Position numbers and translations under genes: made by a program. From Halomicronema hongdechloris C2206 (lineage in GTDB: Bacteria; Cyanobacteriota; Cyanobacteriia; Phormidesmidales; Phormidesmidaceae), in contig NZ_CP021983.2 in assembly GCF_002075285.3 (NCBI RefSeq), forward strand, positions 3,660,001 to 3,692,000: DNA of 32,000 bases, written 5' to 3'. The notes under the pieces are model-generated. The model did no database searches. It was not told where the DNA came from and worked only from the letters and a program-made list of their open reading frames with translations. Positions 9,641 to 18,380 of the stretch are shown piece by piece. Numbering within the stretch: the first letter of the stretch is position 1; every line of letters begins with the position of its first letter.

Positions 9641-10363
9641 TCACTCTTCTTCCTGCCAAAGATTGGTACTCTGCCGTAGACTGCGAAAGTCGCCGTTGCC
9701 GAGAATCAGGTGATCGAGGACGGGAATGCCGAGGATTTTGGCGCCTTCCAGCAGTTGTTGGGTGAGGGATAGATCGTCGGCACTGGGTTCCAGGTTGCCA
9801 CTGGGATGGTTATGGGCCACGATGCAGCGCACGGCACCGTGGCGAATGACTTCTCGGAAAATATCTCGTGGGTGGGCTAGGGTTTCGGTGGCAGTGCCGA
9901 TGGTGATGACGCGGATGCCCAGAATCCGATGCTTGATGTCGAGCAGTAAGACGGCGAAGCGTTCTTGGCTCTGCCACATCAAGTCGGCACTGAGGGCGGC
10001 GGCGGCAACGGCGGGATCATCCACGACGGCCCGGTCGGCAGGTTTGCTTTGCAGCACCCGTCGGCCCAATTCGATAGCGGCTAGGATGGTGGTGGCTTTG
10101 GCGGCACCAACTCCAGAAATCTGCATCAGATCATGGGCTGACACCGTCCGTAGAGTATCCAAGGCGTCTCGCTGATCGCGGCTGAGTTCTTGCAAAATTA
10201 ATTGTCCCAGGCCAACGGCTGACAGCTTGCCCGGGCCTTGCCCCGTGCCCATGAGGATGGCCAGAAGTTCGGCGGTGGAAAGGGTGCGGGCTCCATAGTG
10301 TAATAGCCGTTCCCGAGGCCGCTCCTCGGATGGCATGTCCATGACCCGTACGTGGTATGTCAT
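9641..10363 (-). CDS. radC: RadC-family (UPF0758, JAB/MPN domain) protein
   Basis: 240 aa with [32 protein letters not shown], a helix-hairpin-helix segment ([21 protein letters not shown]), and the JAMM-like motif HNHPSG followed by PSADD. The start could instead be the internal MDMPSEE. Confidence 0.9.
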   Translation of the reverse strand: MTYHVRVMDMPSEERPRERLLHYGARTLSTAELLAILMGTGQGPGKLSAVGLGQLILQELSRDQRDALDTLRTVSAHDLMQISGVGAAKATTILAAIELGRRVLQSKPADRAVVDDPAVAAAALSADLMWQSQERFAVLLLDIKHRILGIRVITIGTATETLAHPRDIFREVIRHGAVRCIVAHNHPSGNLEPSADDLSLTQQLLEGAKILGIPVLDHLILGNGDFRSLRQSTNLWQEEE

Positions 10364-10449
10364 TATGGCCCTCTGGCAGTAGGGTAGAGGGAGAGGCTAC
10401 TGTCCCTTTGCTAGTAATCCCGCTGGGATGCGATCGCATCACACATCAC

Positions 10450-10869
10450 ATGACTATGGCTGGTTCTACTGAAATTACGGCCCTGCGCCGCCATCTGGCT
10501 CGCTTCAGCTGTCTAGAGGTGCCGCCCACTCTATCACCGCAGGAGCGACAGACCCTACGAGAGGAGTTATTACAGTTCAACCAGCTCTCAGACTATCAGA
10601 CCCTGGGGATCTGCGTGGAGTCTTTAGATAAAGCGCAGGCAGCCCTGGAGGCCTATGTCGCAGCCTTGGGAGGACAGTGCACACTCACCCTCACGGCCGA
10701 TCACGCTGGGCCTTTCTACATCAAATTCAATACCCTCAATGACAAGGGCTATGTTAATCGCTACGACGGTCCCTCCCGGGGGGTTTTAATTACCTACCAC
10801 GCCTCTGAGGTGGATGAGGTGAATGGCACCTATGGACCATTTCCGTTGGATCTCTTCAGTGGTAATTGA
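10450..10869 (+). CDS. Conserved cyanobacterial hypothetical protein (probably DUF1824)
   Basis: The track ORF begins at 10357 but would overlap the radC start. ATG at 10450 (MTMAGSTEITALRRHL...) is the first start clear of radC. The family name is from memory only. Confidence 0.5.
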   Translation: MTMAGSTEITALRRHLARFSCLEVPPTLSPQERQTLREELLQFNQLSDYQTLGICVESLDKAQAALEAYVAALGGQCTLTLTADHAGPFYIKFNTLNDKGYVNRYDGPSRGVLITYHASEVDEVNGTYGPFPLDLFSGN

Positions 10870-10894
10870 ATCAGTGGCGATTGCAGCTGCCCGA

Positions 10895-11593
10895 TCAGGT
10901 GCTAATGAGCCCATGTTCTAGGGCATAACGTACCAGCTCGGTGCGGCTATTGGTGCCGGTTTTGCTGAACAGGCGACTGACATACTTCTCGACATTGCGG
11001 ACGCTAGTGTCGAGGCGGCGGGCGATTTCCTTATTCATTAGGCCTTCCGCCACCAGATCTAAAACACTCTGTTCCCGTGGGGTGAGATCGATGCGGATAG
11101 GGGTGGGGGACTGAGAGACGCTTCCTTTTTGGGAGAGTAGAGCTCGAATTTCTTCGATCTGACGAGCCATGGTAGCCATGTCTGGGGGCGTGCCTGCCTC
11201 TGGCGATTGGGCCACCCGCCGCTGCATCAAGTTACCTACAATGGCGACTAATTCCTCGGGGTCAAAGGGTTTGGGCAAATAGGCATCACAGCCAGCGTTG
11301 TAGCCCTGGATGCGATCGCTAGTCATACCACGAGCTGTCAGAAAGACGACAGGTAGTCCCTTGAAACGAGGATCTTCGCGCACCTGAGCCAGAAACTGAT
11401 AGCCATCTACCTGGGGCATCATGATGTCGGAAATCAGCACGTCTGGCATCCGTTCTTGCAGCCGCTGCCATCCCTCTTGGGCATTACTAGCCACCTCAAC
11501 GCTGAAACCACTGTCCTCGAGATAGGCCTGAACCGCCTCCCGCAACCCGGGCTCATCATCGACCAAAAGCACATGTCCAGTCTCGTCTGCCAT
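10895..11593 (-). CDS. Two-component response regulator, NarL/LuxR family (Ycf29/Rre1-like)
   Basis: The receiver carries all key residues (LLVDDEPG, VLISDIMMP, VVFLTA, YLPKPF). The C-terminal GerE/LuxR HTH reads LTPREQSVLDLVAEGLMNKEIARRLDTSVRNVEKYVSRLFSK. Confidence 0.9.
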   Translation of the reverse strand: MADETGHVLLVDDEPGLREAVQAYLEDSGFSVEVASNAQEGWQRLQERMPDVLISDIMMPQVDGYQFLAQVREDPRFKGLPVVFLTARGMTSDRIQGYNAGCDAYLPKPFDPEELVAIVGNLMQRRVAQSPEAGTPPDMATMARQIEEIRALLSQKGSVSQSPTPIRIDLTPREQSVLDLVAEGLMNKEIARRLDTSVRNVEKYVSRLFSKTGTNSRTELVRYALEHGLIST

Positions 11594-11716
11594 AGCTGAT
11601 TCCGATGCTACATGCCCACTTTAGCGTTTTCTGATACCGAGCAGAACGCAGACCTCAGCAGGGGAAAACCGTTACCAAAGTAGGGGAAGCACGATAGCAT
11701 AATTAAGAAAACCTCT

Positions 11717-11742
11717 AAACTCCGACCGAAATACCGGAGTTT
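11717..11742 (+). other. Perfect 8-bp stem-loop in the likely peroxiredoxin 5' leader
   Basis: AAACTCCG (11717-11724) pairs with CGGAGTTT (11735-11742) across a 10-nt loop, about 70 nt upstream of the ATG at 11814. No function can be assigned. Confidence 0.25.
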
Positions 11743-11813
11743 ATGGCAAACTCATGATGCGCGTGCCTGAGTGGGCCACGCAACATCGACTGAATTCACG
11801 GAGAGGCTTCACG

Positions 11814-12449
11814 ATGACACTGCAATTAGGCGACACAATACCGAATTTCACCCAGCAAACCACCGAGGGTGAAATCAACTTTTACGACTGGGCTGGGGAT
11901 AGTTGGGTGGTGCTGTTTTCGCACCCCGCCGACTATACGCCTGTCTGCACTACCGAGTTGGGCAGTGTAGCCAAGCTCAAGTCTGAATTTGAAAAGCGCG
12001 GCGCTAAGGTCATTGCCCTGAGTGTAGATGATGCCGATTCCCACCAAGGTTGGATTGGTGACATCAACGAGACCCAGAGCACGACGGTGAACTATCCCAT
12101 CATTGCCGATGTGGATAAAAAGGTGTCGAATCTGTACGGCATGATTCATCCCAATGCCGACGCCAAGGTGACAGTGCGGACAGTATTTGTGATTGATCCC
12201 CAGAAGAAGCTGCGGCTCACCATTACCTATCCCCCTAGCACGGGTCGTAACTTCAACGAGATCTTGCGGGTGCTGGATTCTCTGCAGCTGACCGATAACT
12301 ACAGTGTGGCCACGCCTGTGGATTGGCAGGACGGCGAAGATGTAGTGGTATCGCCCAAGATCCCTACCGATGAGGCTAAGCAGAGATTCCCGAAGGGAGT
12401 CACCGAGGTGAAGTCCTATCTGCGCATGACCCCCCAACCCAATAAGTAA
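11814..12449 (+). CDS. 1-Cys peroxiredoxin (Prx6-type)
   Basis: MTLQLGDTIPNFTQQTTEGEINFYDWAGDSWVVLFSHPADYTPVCTTELG carries the peroxidatic Cys motif PVCTTE. I chose the start at 11814 because homologues begin at M-x-LxLGD. The upstream 20 codons of the track ORF look like read-through. Confidence 0.9.
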   Translation: MTLQLGDTIPNFTQQTTEGEINFYDWAGDSWVVLFSHPADYTPVCTTELGSVAKLKSEFEKRGAKVIALSVDDADSHQGWIGDINETQSTTVNYPIIADVDKKVSNLYGMIHPNADAKVTVRTVFVIDPQKKLRLTITYPPSTGRNFNEILRVLDSLQLTDNYSVATPVDWQDGEDVVVSPKIPTDEAKQRFPKGVTEVKSYLRMTPQPNK

Positions 12450-12457
12450 CGCCAGTG

Positions 12458-12479
12458 GGGACACGGTAAGTCGTGTCCC
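12458..12479. terminator. Hairpin between the convergent peroxiredoxin and rhomboid genes (candidate bidirectional terminator)
   Basis: GGGACACG-GTAAGT-CGTGTCCC is a perfect 8-bp GC-rich stem lying 9 nt after the prx stop. The U-tract is weak (TAATTCC). Confidence 0.45.
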
Positions 12480-12546
12480 TAATTCCCTAGTTCTAATGTC
12501 GTGACGGGTTTCTATGCCCTGCTTTGACGGGTTACACTCTGACTCG

Positions 12547-13161
12547 TTATAGCGGTGTCATGAACCAGGGATGGAGCTGGGGCAAGGCTTGGGCCACCAA
12601 AATGCCACCGGCGAAGCCAAACAGGTGGCCGGTCCAGGAGCGCCCTCGCCGTAGAGGCAGTAGTCCCCAGAGCAAACTGCTGTAGGTGAGGCCCACAATT
12701 AATGCGATCGCAATGGCCATGAGGCTACGCTCGAAGTAGCCCATTCCCAGCAAAAATCCCAGATAGCCAAATACCAAACCACTGGCACCTAAATGATTGG
12801 TCTTGGGACGTCCCAGCAACCAAACCCCAAGGCCACTGATTACCCAGACAGCCAGAGTAATCGTCCAGAATAACGCCGTCTTCTGCCATAGGATCAGGCC
12901 CCCCAATACGGCTAGAGGCGCAGTATTGGCTGTTAAGTGGCCTAAATTGCCATGGAGTAACGGCGCCCATAGAATGCCCCAAAGTCCCCCCAATTGCCGG
13001 GGGCGAATGCCCATCTGGTCGAGGCTGCCTCGCAACGCCAGGGTATCTGTCAGCTCTAACATCCATAGCAGGATGATGAATCCCAGAAAGCCATGGGCTT
13101 CAGGAGGCAGCTGCCAAAGCCACTGTATCAACCACGTGCGCATTTCCTCAGGGCTGGGCAT
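12547..13161 (-). CDS. Rhomboid-family intramembrane serine protease
   Basis: 204 aa and polytopic. It has LLHGNLGHLTANT (HxxxN), GASGLVFGYLG (the GxSG catalytic Ser) and a later His in TGHLFGFAGG. It overlaps the nnr stop by 14 nt, or starts at the internal MRTWL. Confidence 0.85.
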   Translation of the reverse strand: MPSPEEMRTWLIQWLWQLPPEAHGFLGFIILLWMLELTDTLALRGSLDQMGIRPRQLGGLWGILWAPLLHGNLGHLTANTAPLAVLGGLILWQKTALFWTITLAVWVISGLGVWLLGRPKTNHLGASGLVFGYLGFLLGMGYFERSLMAIAIALIVGLTYSSLLWGLLPLRRGRSWTGHLFGFAGGILVAQALPQLHPWFMTPL

Positions 13162-14713
13162 CGGCCATCTCCCGTACTAGGGTTGGTGTCAGATGGTGTA
13201 GTAGAGTCAACGGATCCACCCCCAATTCACTATGGACTGCGGCGGCCGCCCGCCCGGCCTGGGCATGCCACCAGACACCACTCAGGGCAGCGTTCATTAG
13301 CGCCAAGTCATGGCTGGCTGCAGCGCCTCCCACGACTTTTTGGGCGGCGAGACCACCGAGTAGACCGGTGAGGATATCCCCGCTACCTCCCCGGGCCAAG
13401 GCCGGAGTGCTATCGGGGGTCAACCACAGATGTCCGCGGGGATGGGCGATGACGGTGCGAGCCCCCTTGAGTACCACGATGGCTTGGCTGTAGTGGGCAG
13501 CGGCTTGGGCTTGACTCCCTGGCCAATCGGGGGCCTCCAACCCCTTGAAAAGGCGCTTGAATTCACCGGGATGGGGCGTCAGCAGGGTAGGCGCCGAGCG
13601 CTGCTTTAAGGCCGGGATGGGGGTCAACGTCGCTAGAATATTGAGGCCATCCGCATCCAGCAGTAGGGGCGATGGGGTAGCGATCACACGCTGCACACAG
13701 GCATTGGCAGCCAACGAGAGCCCCGGCCCACAGGCAATGACATCATAGGACTCCAGATCCATCGAGTCTGGTAGCTGGGCAATGGCACCATCAGGGGTTC
13801 TGGGCACGGAATCATCAAGGCCTCGGGTAGGGAGGCCGTCAGGACTGGCTTTCAGGGAAGCGGGTACAGCCAGGGTAACCATGCCGACGCCACTGGCCCG
13901 GGCCCCTAGTCCAGCTAGCAGGGCAGCTCCACTGTAGGTCTGGGAACCGGCTACTAACAGCAGGTGGCCGACGCGATACTTATGGGTATTAGCCAGGCGA
14001 GGCAGGGGTAGGCCCTCCCGGGCTATGGCCGCCGTGATTCGACCGACTTGGGGGCGTTGGCCTAGCACTGCCTCAATGTCGGACCAGGGAATATCAAAGT
14101 CGATTAGATGAACGCGCCCCAGTAAGGGTAGCGCTGAGTCTTGGAAACATCCCCGTTTCCACAGGCCTAGACAGAGGGTATGGCTGGCTCGAATAGCGGT
14201 GCCCAGGACATTGCCGCTATCGGTGTGGAGGCCTGAGGGTAGGTCAATGCTGACCACGGGCTGTGACCATTGGTTGATCTGCTCGACATCGGTTGCGATC
14301 GCACCCTCGATCGGTCGCTCCAGGCCAAAGCCAAACAGCCCATCGACAAGCAGATCACAGTCCGCAAGAGCCGCCAGCGATTCGGCCCAAAGAATACCGA
14401 GATGTTTAATATACTCGGCATGGGCCTGGGTCAGGTCCTTAAACTTTGCCAATGGCGCATAGACCCGCACATCATAGCCCCGACTGTGTAATTCCCGGGC
14501 CACCACCAGAGCATCACCGCCATTGTGCCCTGGTCCTGCAACCACTCCTATCCGAGGATAAATCCTCAAATCAAAGTGATCCTCTAGCCAAGTCGTGATG
14601 CGCTGGGCCACCTTCTCCATCAACGCGGCCACTGGCATCCCGGCGGCAAACAGACGCCCCTCAATCTGGCGCATCTGCTCCGCGGTTACGACACACTGCT
14701 GAATTGGCACCAT
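13148..14713 (-). CDS. nnr: Bifunctional NAD(P)H-hydrate repair enzyme Nnr (epimerase plus ADP-dependent dehydratase)
   Basis: 521 aa. The YjeF_N part has GPGHNGGDALVVAREL. The YjeF_C part has HKYRVGHLLLVAGSQTYSGAALLAGLGA, LTPHPGEF, VLKGARTVI and GGSGDILTGLLGG. It contains a locally out-of-frame stretch (see findings). Confidence 0.9.
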   Translation of the reverse strand: MVPIQQCVVTAEQMRQIEGRLFAAGMPVAALMEKVAQRITTWLEDHFDLRIYPRIGVVAGPGHNGGDALVVARELHSRGYDVRVYAPLAKFKDLTQAHAEYIKHLGILWAESLAALADCDLLVDGLFGFGLERPIEGAIATDVEQINQWSQPVVSIDLPSGLHTDSGNVLGTAIRASHTLCLGLWKRGCFQDSALPLLGRVHLIDFDIPWSDIEAVLGQRPQVGRITAAIAREGLPLPRLANTHKYRVGHLLLVAGSQTYSGAALLAGLGARASGVGMVTLAVPASLKASPDGLPTRGLDDSVPRTPDGAIAQLPDSMDLESYDVIACGPGLSLAANACVQRVIATPSPLLLDADGLNILATLTPIPALKQRSAPTLLTPHPGEFKRLFKGLEAPDWPGSQAQAAAHYSQAIVVLKGARTVIAHPRGHLWLTPDSTPALARGGSGDILTGLLGGLAAQKVVGGAAASHDLALMNAALSGVWWHAQAGRAAAAVHSELGVDPLTLLHHLTPTLVREMADAQP

Positions 14714-14813
14714 AGCTCGGGAATGAGTCTAAACCTGACAGGTTAGGGGGGAAATCGCTCTGGCGCTAGAGTCACAATAGACACCAGACCAGCTTGCTCC
14801 CACCATAGGATGC

Positions 14814-15704
14814 TCAGGGCTCATAGTGTACCCGAGCTGACCGCCACCCAGCATCCCGCAGATAATCCGTCCACTCAGCGGCTAACCCTCGATCGCTAAA
14901 CGGACCAACGGCCACATGGGGACCGCGGGGAGACTGACGAGCATGCACTTGATCCGCGGGAGTCCCTAATTGAATAATCTGGCTCCGCAGCTCCGCCAAT
15001 TCTTGGGACCTTGCCGGGATCACCACATAGTAGGGAGCATTGGCCACTTGGGGAGGCGCCGTGGCTGTCGTCTCCGAGACAGGGGCCGCAGGAGAAGCCC
15101 CCTGCAAAGATTGGCCAAACTCTATATTTTGAGGTGTTGCCGCCACCGGTAGGGGCGGCAGGCTACCAGAGCTGCTGCTGGTGCTGATCGTAGGGGCTGG
15201 GGGAGTGTTATAGGTCATAGCTGCCGGAACGGTTGCAATCCTGGCTTCGATTCCCAGCATCGACAGCTCACTGGCGCGGGTCTGGGCATTATCGGCATGG
15301 TTAAATCGACCCACCTGGATCACCGAGCGACCTTCATGGCGGCTGAGAAAGGCTTCCGGCTCCACTTGGCGGATTTGATCGAGCAGCAGCGGACTATTGC
15401 CATTCACAAAGACGATGTATTGCTCGCCGCTGGTTGGCAGGGGGGCACTACCGACACTCGATGCCGGTGGTGGCGGTGGCGTATCTAAGACTTGGGCCAG
15501 GGGTTCTGCCAGAGGTTCTGTAAGACGCTGGGCTTTGGCAGCCCTATCTAAGATGAGTCCCCAACTACCGACTAGCAGCAATAGGAGTATCCCCAGTCTG
15601 ACCTGGCGGCCAAATGGGCTGTAGCTATGCTCGCAGGAGCGCCCTGCCGACTCAAGCGGGAAAGAGGTTACGATGTAAAGGGGTTCCGTCATGATGAGGC
15701 CCAA
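14814..15704 (-). CDS. Membrane-anchored hypothetical protein with two SPOR-like repeats
   Basis: 296 aa with one TM segment (LGILLLLLVGSWGLIL) and Pro/Ser-rich linkers. Two similar modules are present: YIVFVNGNS...VIQVGRFNHADNAQTRASELSMLGIEARI and YYVVIPARS...HVAVGPFSDRGLAAEWTDYLRDAGWRSARV. Confidence 0.5.
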   Translation of the reverse strand: MGLIMTEPLYIVTSFPLESAGRSCEHSYSPFGRQVRLGILLLLLVGSWGLILDRAAKAQRLTEPLAEPLAQVLDTPPPPPASSVGSAPLPTSGEQYIVFVNGNSPLLLDQIRQVEPEAFLSRHEGRSVIQVGRFNHADNAQTRASELSMLGIEARIATVPAAMTYNTPPAPTISTSSSSGSLPPLPVAATPQNIEFGQSLQGASPAAPVSETTATAPPQVANAPYYVVIPARSQELAELRSQIIQLGTPADQVHARQSPRGPHVAVGPFSDRGLAAEWTDYLRDAGWRSARVHYEP

Positions 15705-15985
15705 CTTTAGAAAGCATTAATGATTGCCCGAAAAATATTGACGCAAAGCTTATAACATCATTCCTTCAGATGGACATGTGAATGTTAGCCTAGAGCTGGC
15801 AATTGCAAAACAAAAATTTACAGGTTGACAGAATACGATCCTCGTCGATCTTTGATCTCACGGGACTACTGCCATGGATATCCGGCTTAGGGCCGGCTAT
15901 CGGTGGTTAAGGTCGTCAACTTAGACGTTATAAGCTATGGGTGATAGAGGTCATTGTGCAGAAGGGAAGATAAGTAAGCGAGGCC

Positions 15986-17089
15986 ATGGAGAAAGTAGTC
16001 GTCGGCCTTTCCGGAGGAGTAGATAGTTCTGTCGCAGCTGCGACCCTACATCATCAGGGATATGACGTGATTGGACTGACCCTGTGGCTGATGAAGGGAA
16101 AAGGGCAATGCTGCTCAGAAGGTATGGTAGATGCGGTGCGCCTCTGTGATGAGCTGGGAATTCCCCATCATCTAGTCGATAGTCGCGATGTCTTCGAACA
16201 GCAGATCGTTAACTATCTCGTATCTGGCTATCAACAGGGGGTTACCCCACTGCCGTGCTCTCAATGCAATCGAGCCGTTAAATTCGCTCCCATGTTGGCC
16301 TATGCCCAACAGCATCTCGGGGCAGAGAAAATCGCCACCGGGCACTATGCCCGCATTGCCCAAGACGCCCATACGGGGCGCTGGCAACTGCGCCGGGCGA
16401 TAGACCTGAGCAAGGATCAATCCTATTTCCTTTACGACTTGCCTCAAGAGCTCCTAGCTGCATCCTACTTTCCGCTAGGCAACCAAACTAAAGCCGAGAC
16501 TCGTCGCACTGCCGCTGATCTGGGTCTTCACACAGCGGCCAAGCCCGATAGCCAAGATCTTTGCCTGATCGAGCATCACGGCTCCATGCAGAGCTTCCTG
16601 GATAAGTACTTAGCTCCGACCCCTGGCGATATTGTCGATACTCAAGGCCGGATCTTGGGGCAACATGATGGGGTTCACCACTACACCATCGGTCAGCGGA
16701 AAGGGCTGGGTATCGCCGCTCCCCATCCCCTATACGTGCTTGACATTGATGTTGGGCGCAATCAGGTTGTAGTGGGAGAGCGAGATCAGGTTCACCAGCC
16801 TGACTGTGAGGTCAAGCAGGTCAATTGGGTATCCATTGCTCCCCCTAGCGCCCCCATTCGGGTACAGGTGCAAATCCGTTACCGTTCTCCAGCGGTAGCG
16901 GCTACTGTGGTGCCGCTGACTGATCCAAGCACCCCAGCGACGGGAGCGCGGGTAAAACTGGTGTTTGATGAGCCCCAGTTTGGGGTGACGCCAGGACAGG
17001 CAGCCGTCTGGTATGACCATGATCTGATTTTGGGCGGTGGTATCATCACAGCTCGGAACCAGGCCGCAATGACTGAGGTCAATCCTTAG
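15986..17089 (+). CDS. mnmA: tRNA 2-thiouridine(34) synthase MnmA
   Basis: 367 aa with the PP-loop [34 protein letters not shown] and DQSYFLY. Confidence 0.95.
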   Translation: MEKVVVGLSGGVDSSVAAATLHHQGYDVIGLTLWLMKGKGQCCSEGMVDAVRLCDELGIPHHLVDSRDVFEQQIVNYLVSGYQQGVTPLPCSQCNRAVKFAPMLAYAQQHLGAEKIATGHYARIAQDAHTGRWQLRRAIDLSKDQSYFLYDLPQELLAASYFPLGNQTKAETRRTAADLGLHTAAKPDSQDLCLIEHHGSMQSFLDKYLAPTPGDIVDTQGRILGQHDGVHHYTIGQRKGLGIAAPHPLYVLDIDVGRNQVVVGERDQVHQPDCEVKQVNWVSIAPPSAPIRVQVQIRYRSPAVAATVVPLTDPSTPATGARVKLVFDEPQFGVTPGQAAVWYDHDLILGGGIITARNQAAMTEVNP

Positions 17090-17111
17090 CAGCGGTGGCA
17101 ACGTCGACCGT

Positions 17112-17139
17112 GATCTAGGAAACCACTGGTTTCTAGATC
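17112..17139 (+). terminator. Stem-loop just downstream of mnmA
   Basis: GATCTAGGAAACC-ACT-GGTTTCTAGATC forms 12 bp with one bulged G and a 3-nt loop, starting 23 nt after the stop. There is no clear U-tract. Confidence 0.4.
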
Positions 17140-17190
17140 AATTCGGTGCGTCGATATGAATTAATTGTCTAGGAAGAAGAGGATATTCAC

Positions 17191-18360
17191 GTGAAAGATG
17201 GAATTGCGCCCCACGGCGGTACATTGATCAACCGACTGACGAGTCCTGAACAGCGCCAGACCTTTCTGGACAAGGCCGATACCTTGCCTCAGATTACCCT
17301 TGATGAACGGGCTTTTTCTGATTTGGTCATGATTGCCATCGGCGGCTTTAGTCCCCTGACAGGTTTCATGGGGCAGGCCGACTACGCCACGGTGGTCACC
17401 GATATGCGCTTAGCCAATGGCTTGCCCTGGAGCATTCCCATTACCCTATCGGTGGATGAAGCAGTGGCGGCTGAGCTGACGGAAGGACAGTTGGTACGGT
17501 TGGATGATCCCACCGGTCGCTTTGTGGGAGTGTTAGAACTCACGGAAAAATATACTTACGATAAGCAGCACCAGGCAATCCATGTGTATCGCACGGATGA
17601 GGAGAAGCATCCTGGGGTAAAAGTGGTCTATGAGCAGGGGCCGATCAATCTGGCGGGACCTGTTTGGCTGCTACAGCGCGATCCCCATCCCCTATTCCCC
17701 AACTACCAGGTTGACCCGGCCGACTCTCGGGCCATGTTCCGTCAGAGAGGGTGGAAGACCGTGGTCGGTTTCCAGACGCGCAACCCGATCCACCGAGCCC
17801 ACGAGTATATTCAAAAATGTGCCCTGGAAACCGTAGATGGCTTGTTTCTGCATCCGTTGGTGGGGGCCACTAAAAAGGATGACATTCCCGCTGATGTGCG
17901 GATGCGTTGCTATGAAATTATGCTGGAACATTATTTTCCCCAAGACCGCGTAATTTTAGCGATTAACCCTTCTGCAATGCGGTACGCTGGTCCTAGGGAA
18001 GCTATCTTCCACGCCTTGATCCGTAAAAATTACGGTTGCACTCACTTCATTGTGGGCCGCGATCATGCTGGAGTTGGCGATTACTACGGTACCTATGATG
18101 CTCAGCACATCTTTGGTGAGTTTGAACCCGAAGAGCTAGGTATCATTCCCATGAAGTTCGAGCATGCCTTTTACTGCACTCGAACTGGGACAATGGCCAC
18201 CACTAAGACCAGCCCCAGTACTCCGGAGGAACGTATTCATCTGTCGGGTACGAAGGTGCGGGAAATGCTACGCCGGGGCGAGTTACCGCCGGCCCAATTC
18301 TCTCGGCCAGAAGTGGCGGCAGAGTTGGTCAAGGCGATGCGAGTGCCCCAGGAAGTCTAA
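17191..18360 (+). CDS. sat: Sulfate adenylyltransferase (ATP sulfurylase)
   Basis: 389 aa with a GTG start. It has [24 protein letters not shown] and [17 protein letters not shown]. Confidence 0.95.
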   Translation: MKDGIAPHGGTLINRLTSPEQRQTFLDKADTLPQITLDERAFSDLVMIAIGGFSPLTGFMGQADYATVVTDMRLANGLPWSIPITLSVDEAVAAELTEGQLVRLDDPTGRFVGVLELTEKYTYDKQHQAIHVYRTDEEKHPGVKVVYEQGPINLAGPVWLLQRDPHPLFPNYQVDPADSRAMFRQRGWKTVVGFQTRNPIHRAHEYIQKCALETVDGLFLHPLVGATKKDDIPADVRMRCYEIMLEHYFPQDRVILAINPSAMRYAGPREAIFHALIRKNYGCTHFIVGRDHAGVGDYYGTYDAQHIFGEFEPEELGIIPMKFEHAFYCTRTGTMATTKTSPSTPEERIHLSGTKVREMLRRGELPPAQFSRPEVAAELVKAMRVPQEV

Positions 18361-18380
18361 GAAGTGGATATAAAGACTCT

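Noticed and set aside
10357-10449. The 5' extensions of the track ORFs at 10357 (DUF1824-like) and, similarly, at 11754-11813 (peroxiredoxin)
   Set aside because: The extension at 10357 overlaps the radC start. In both cases the downstream ATG gives the N-terminus typical of the family. The extensions look like in-frame upstream read-through.
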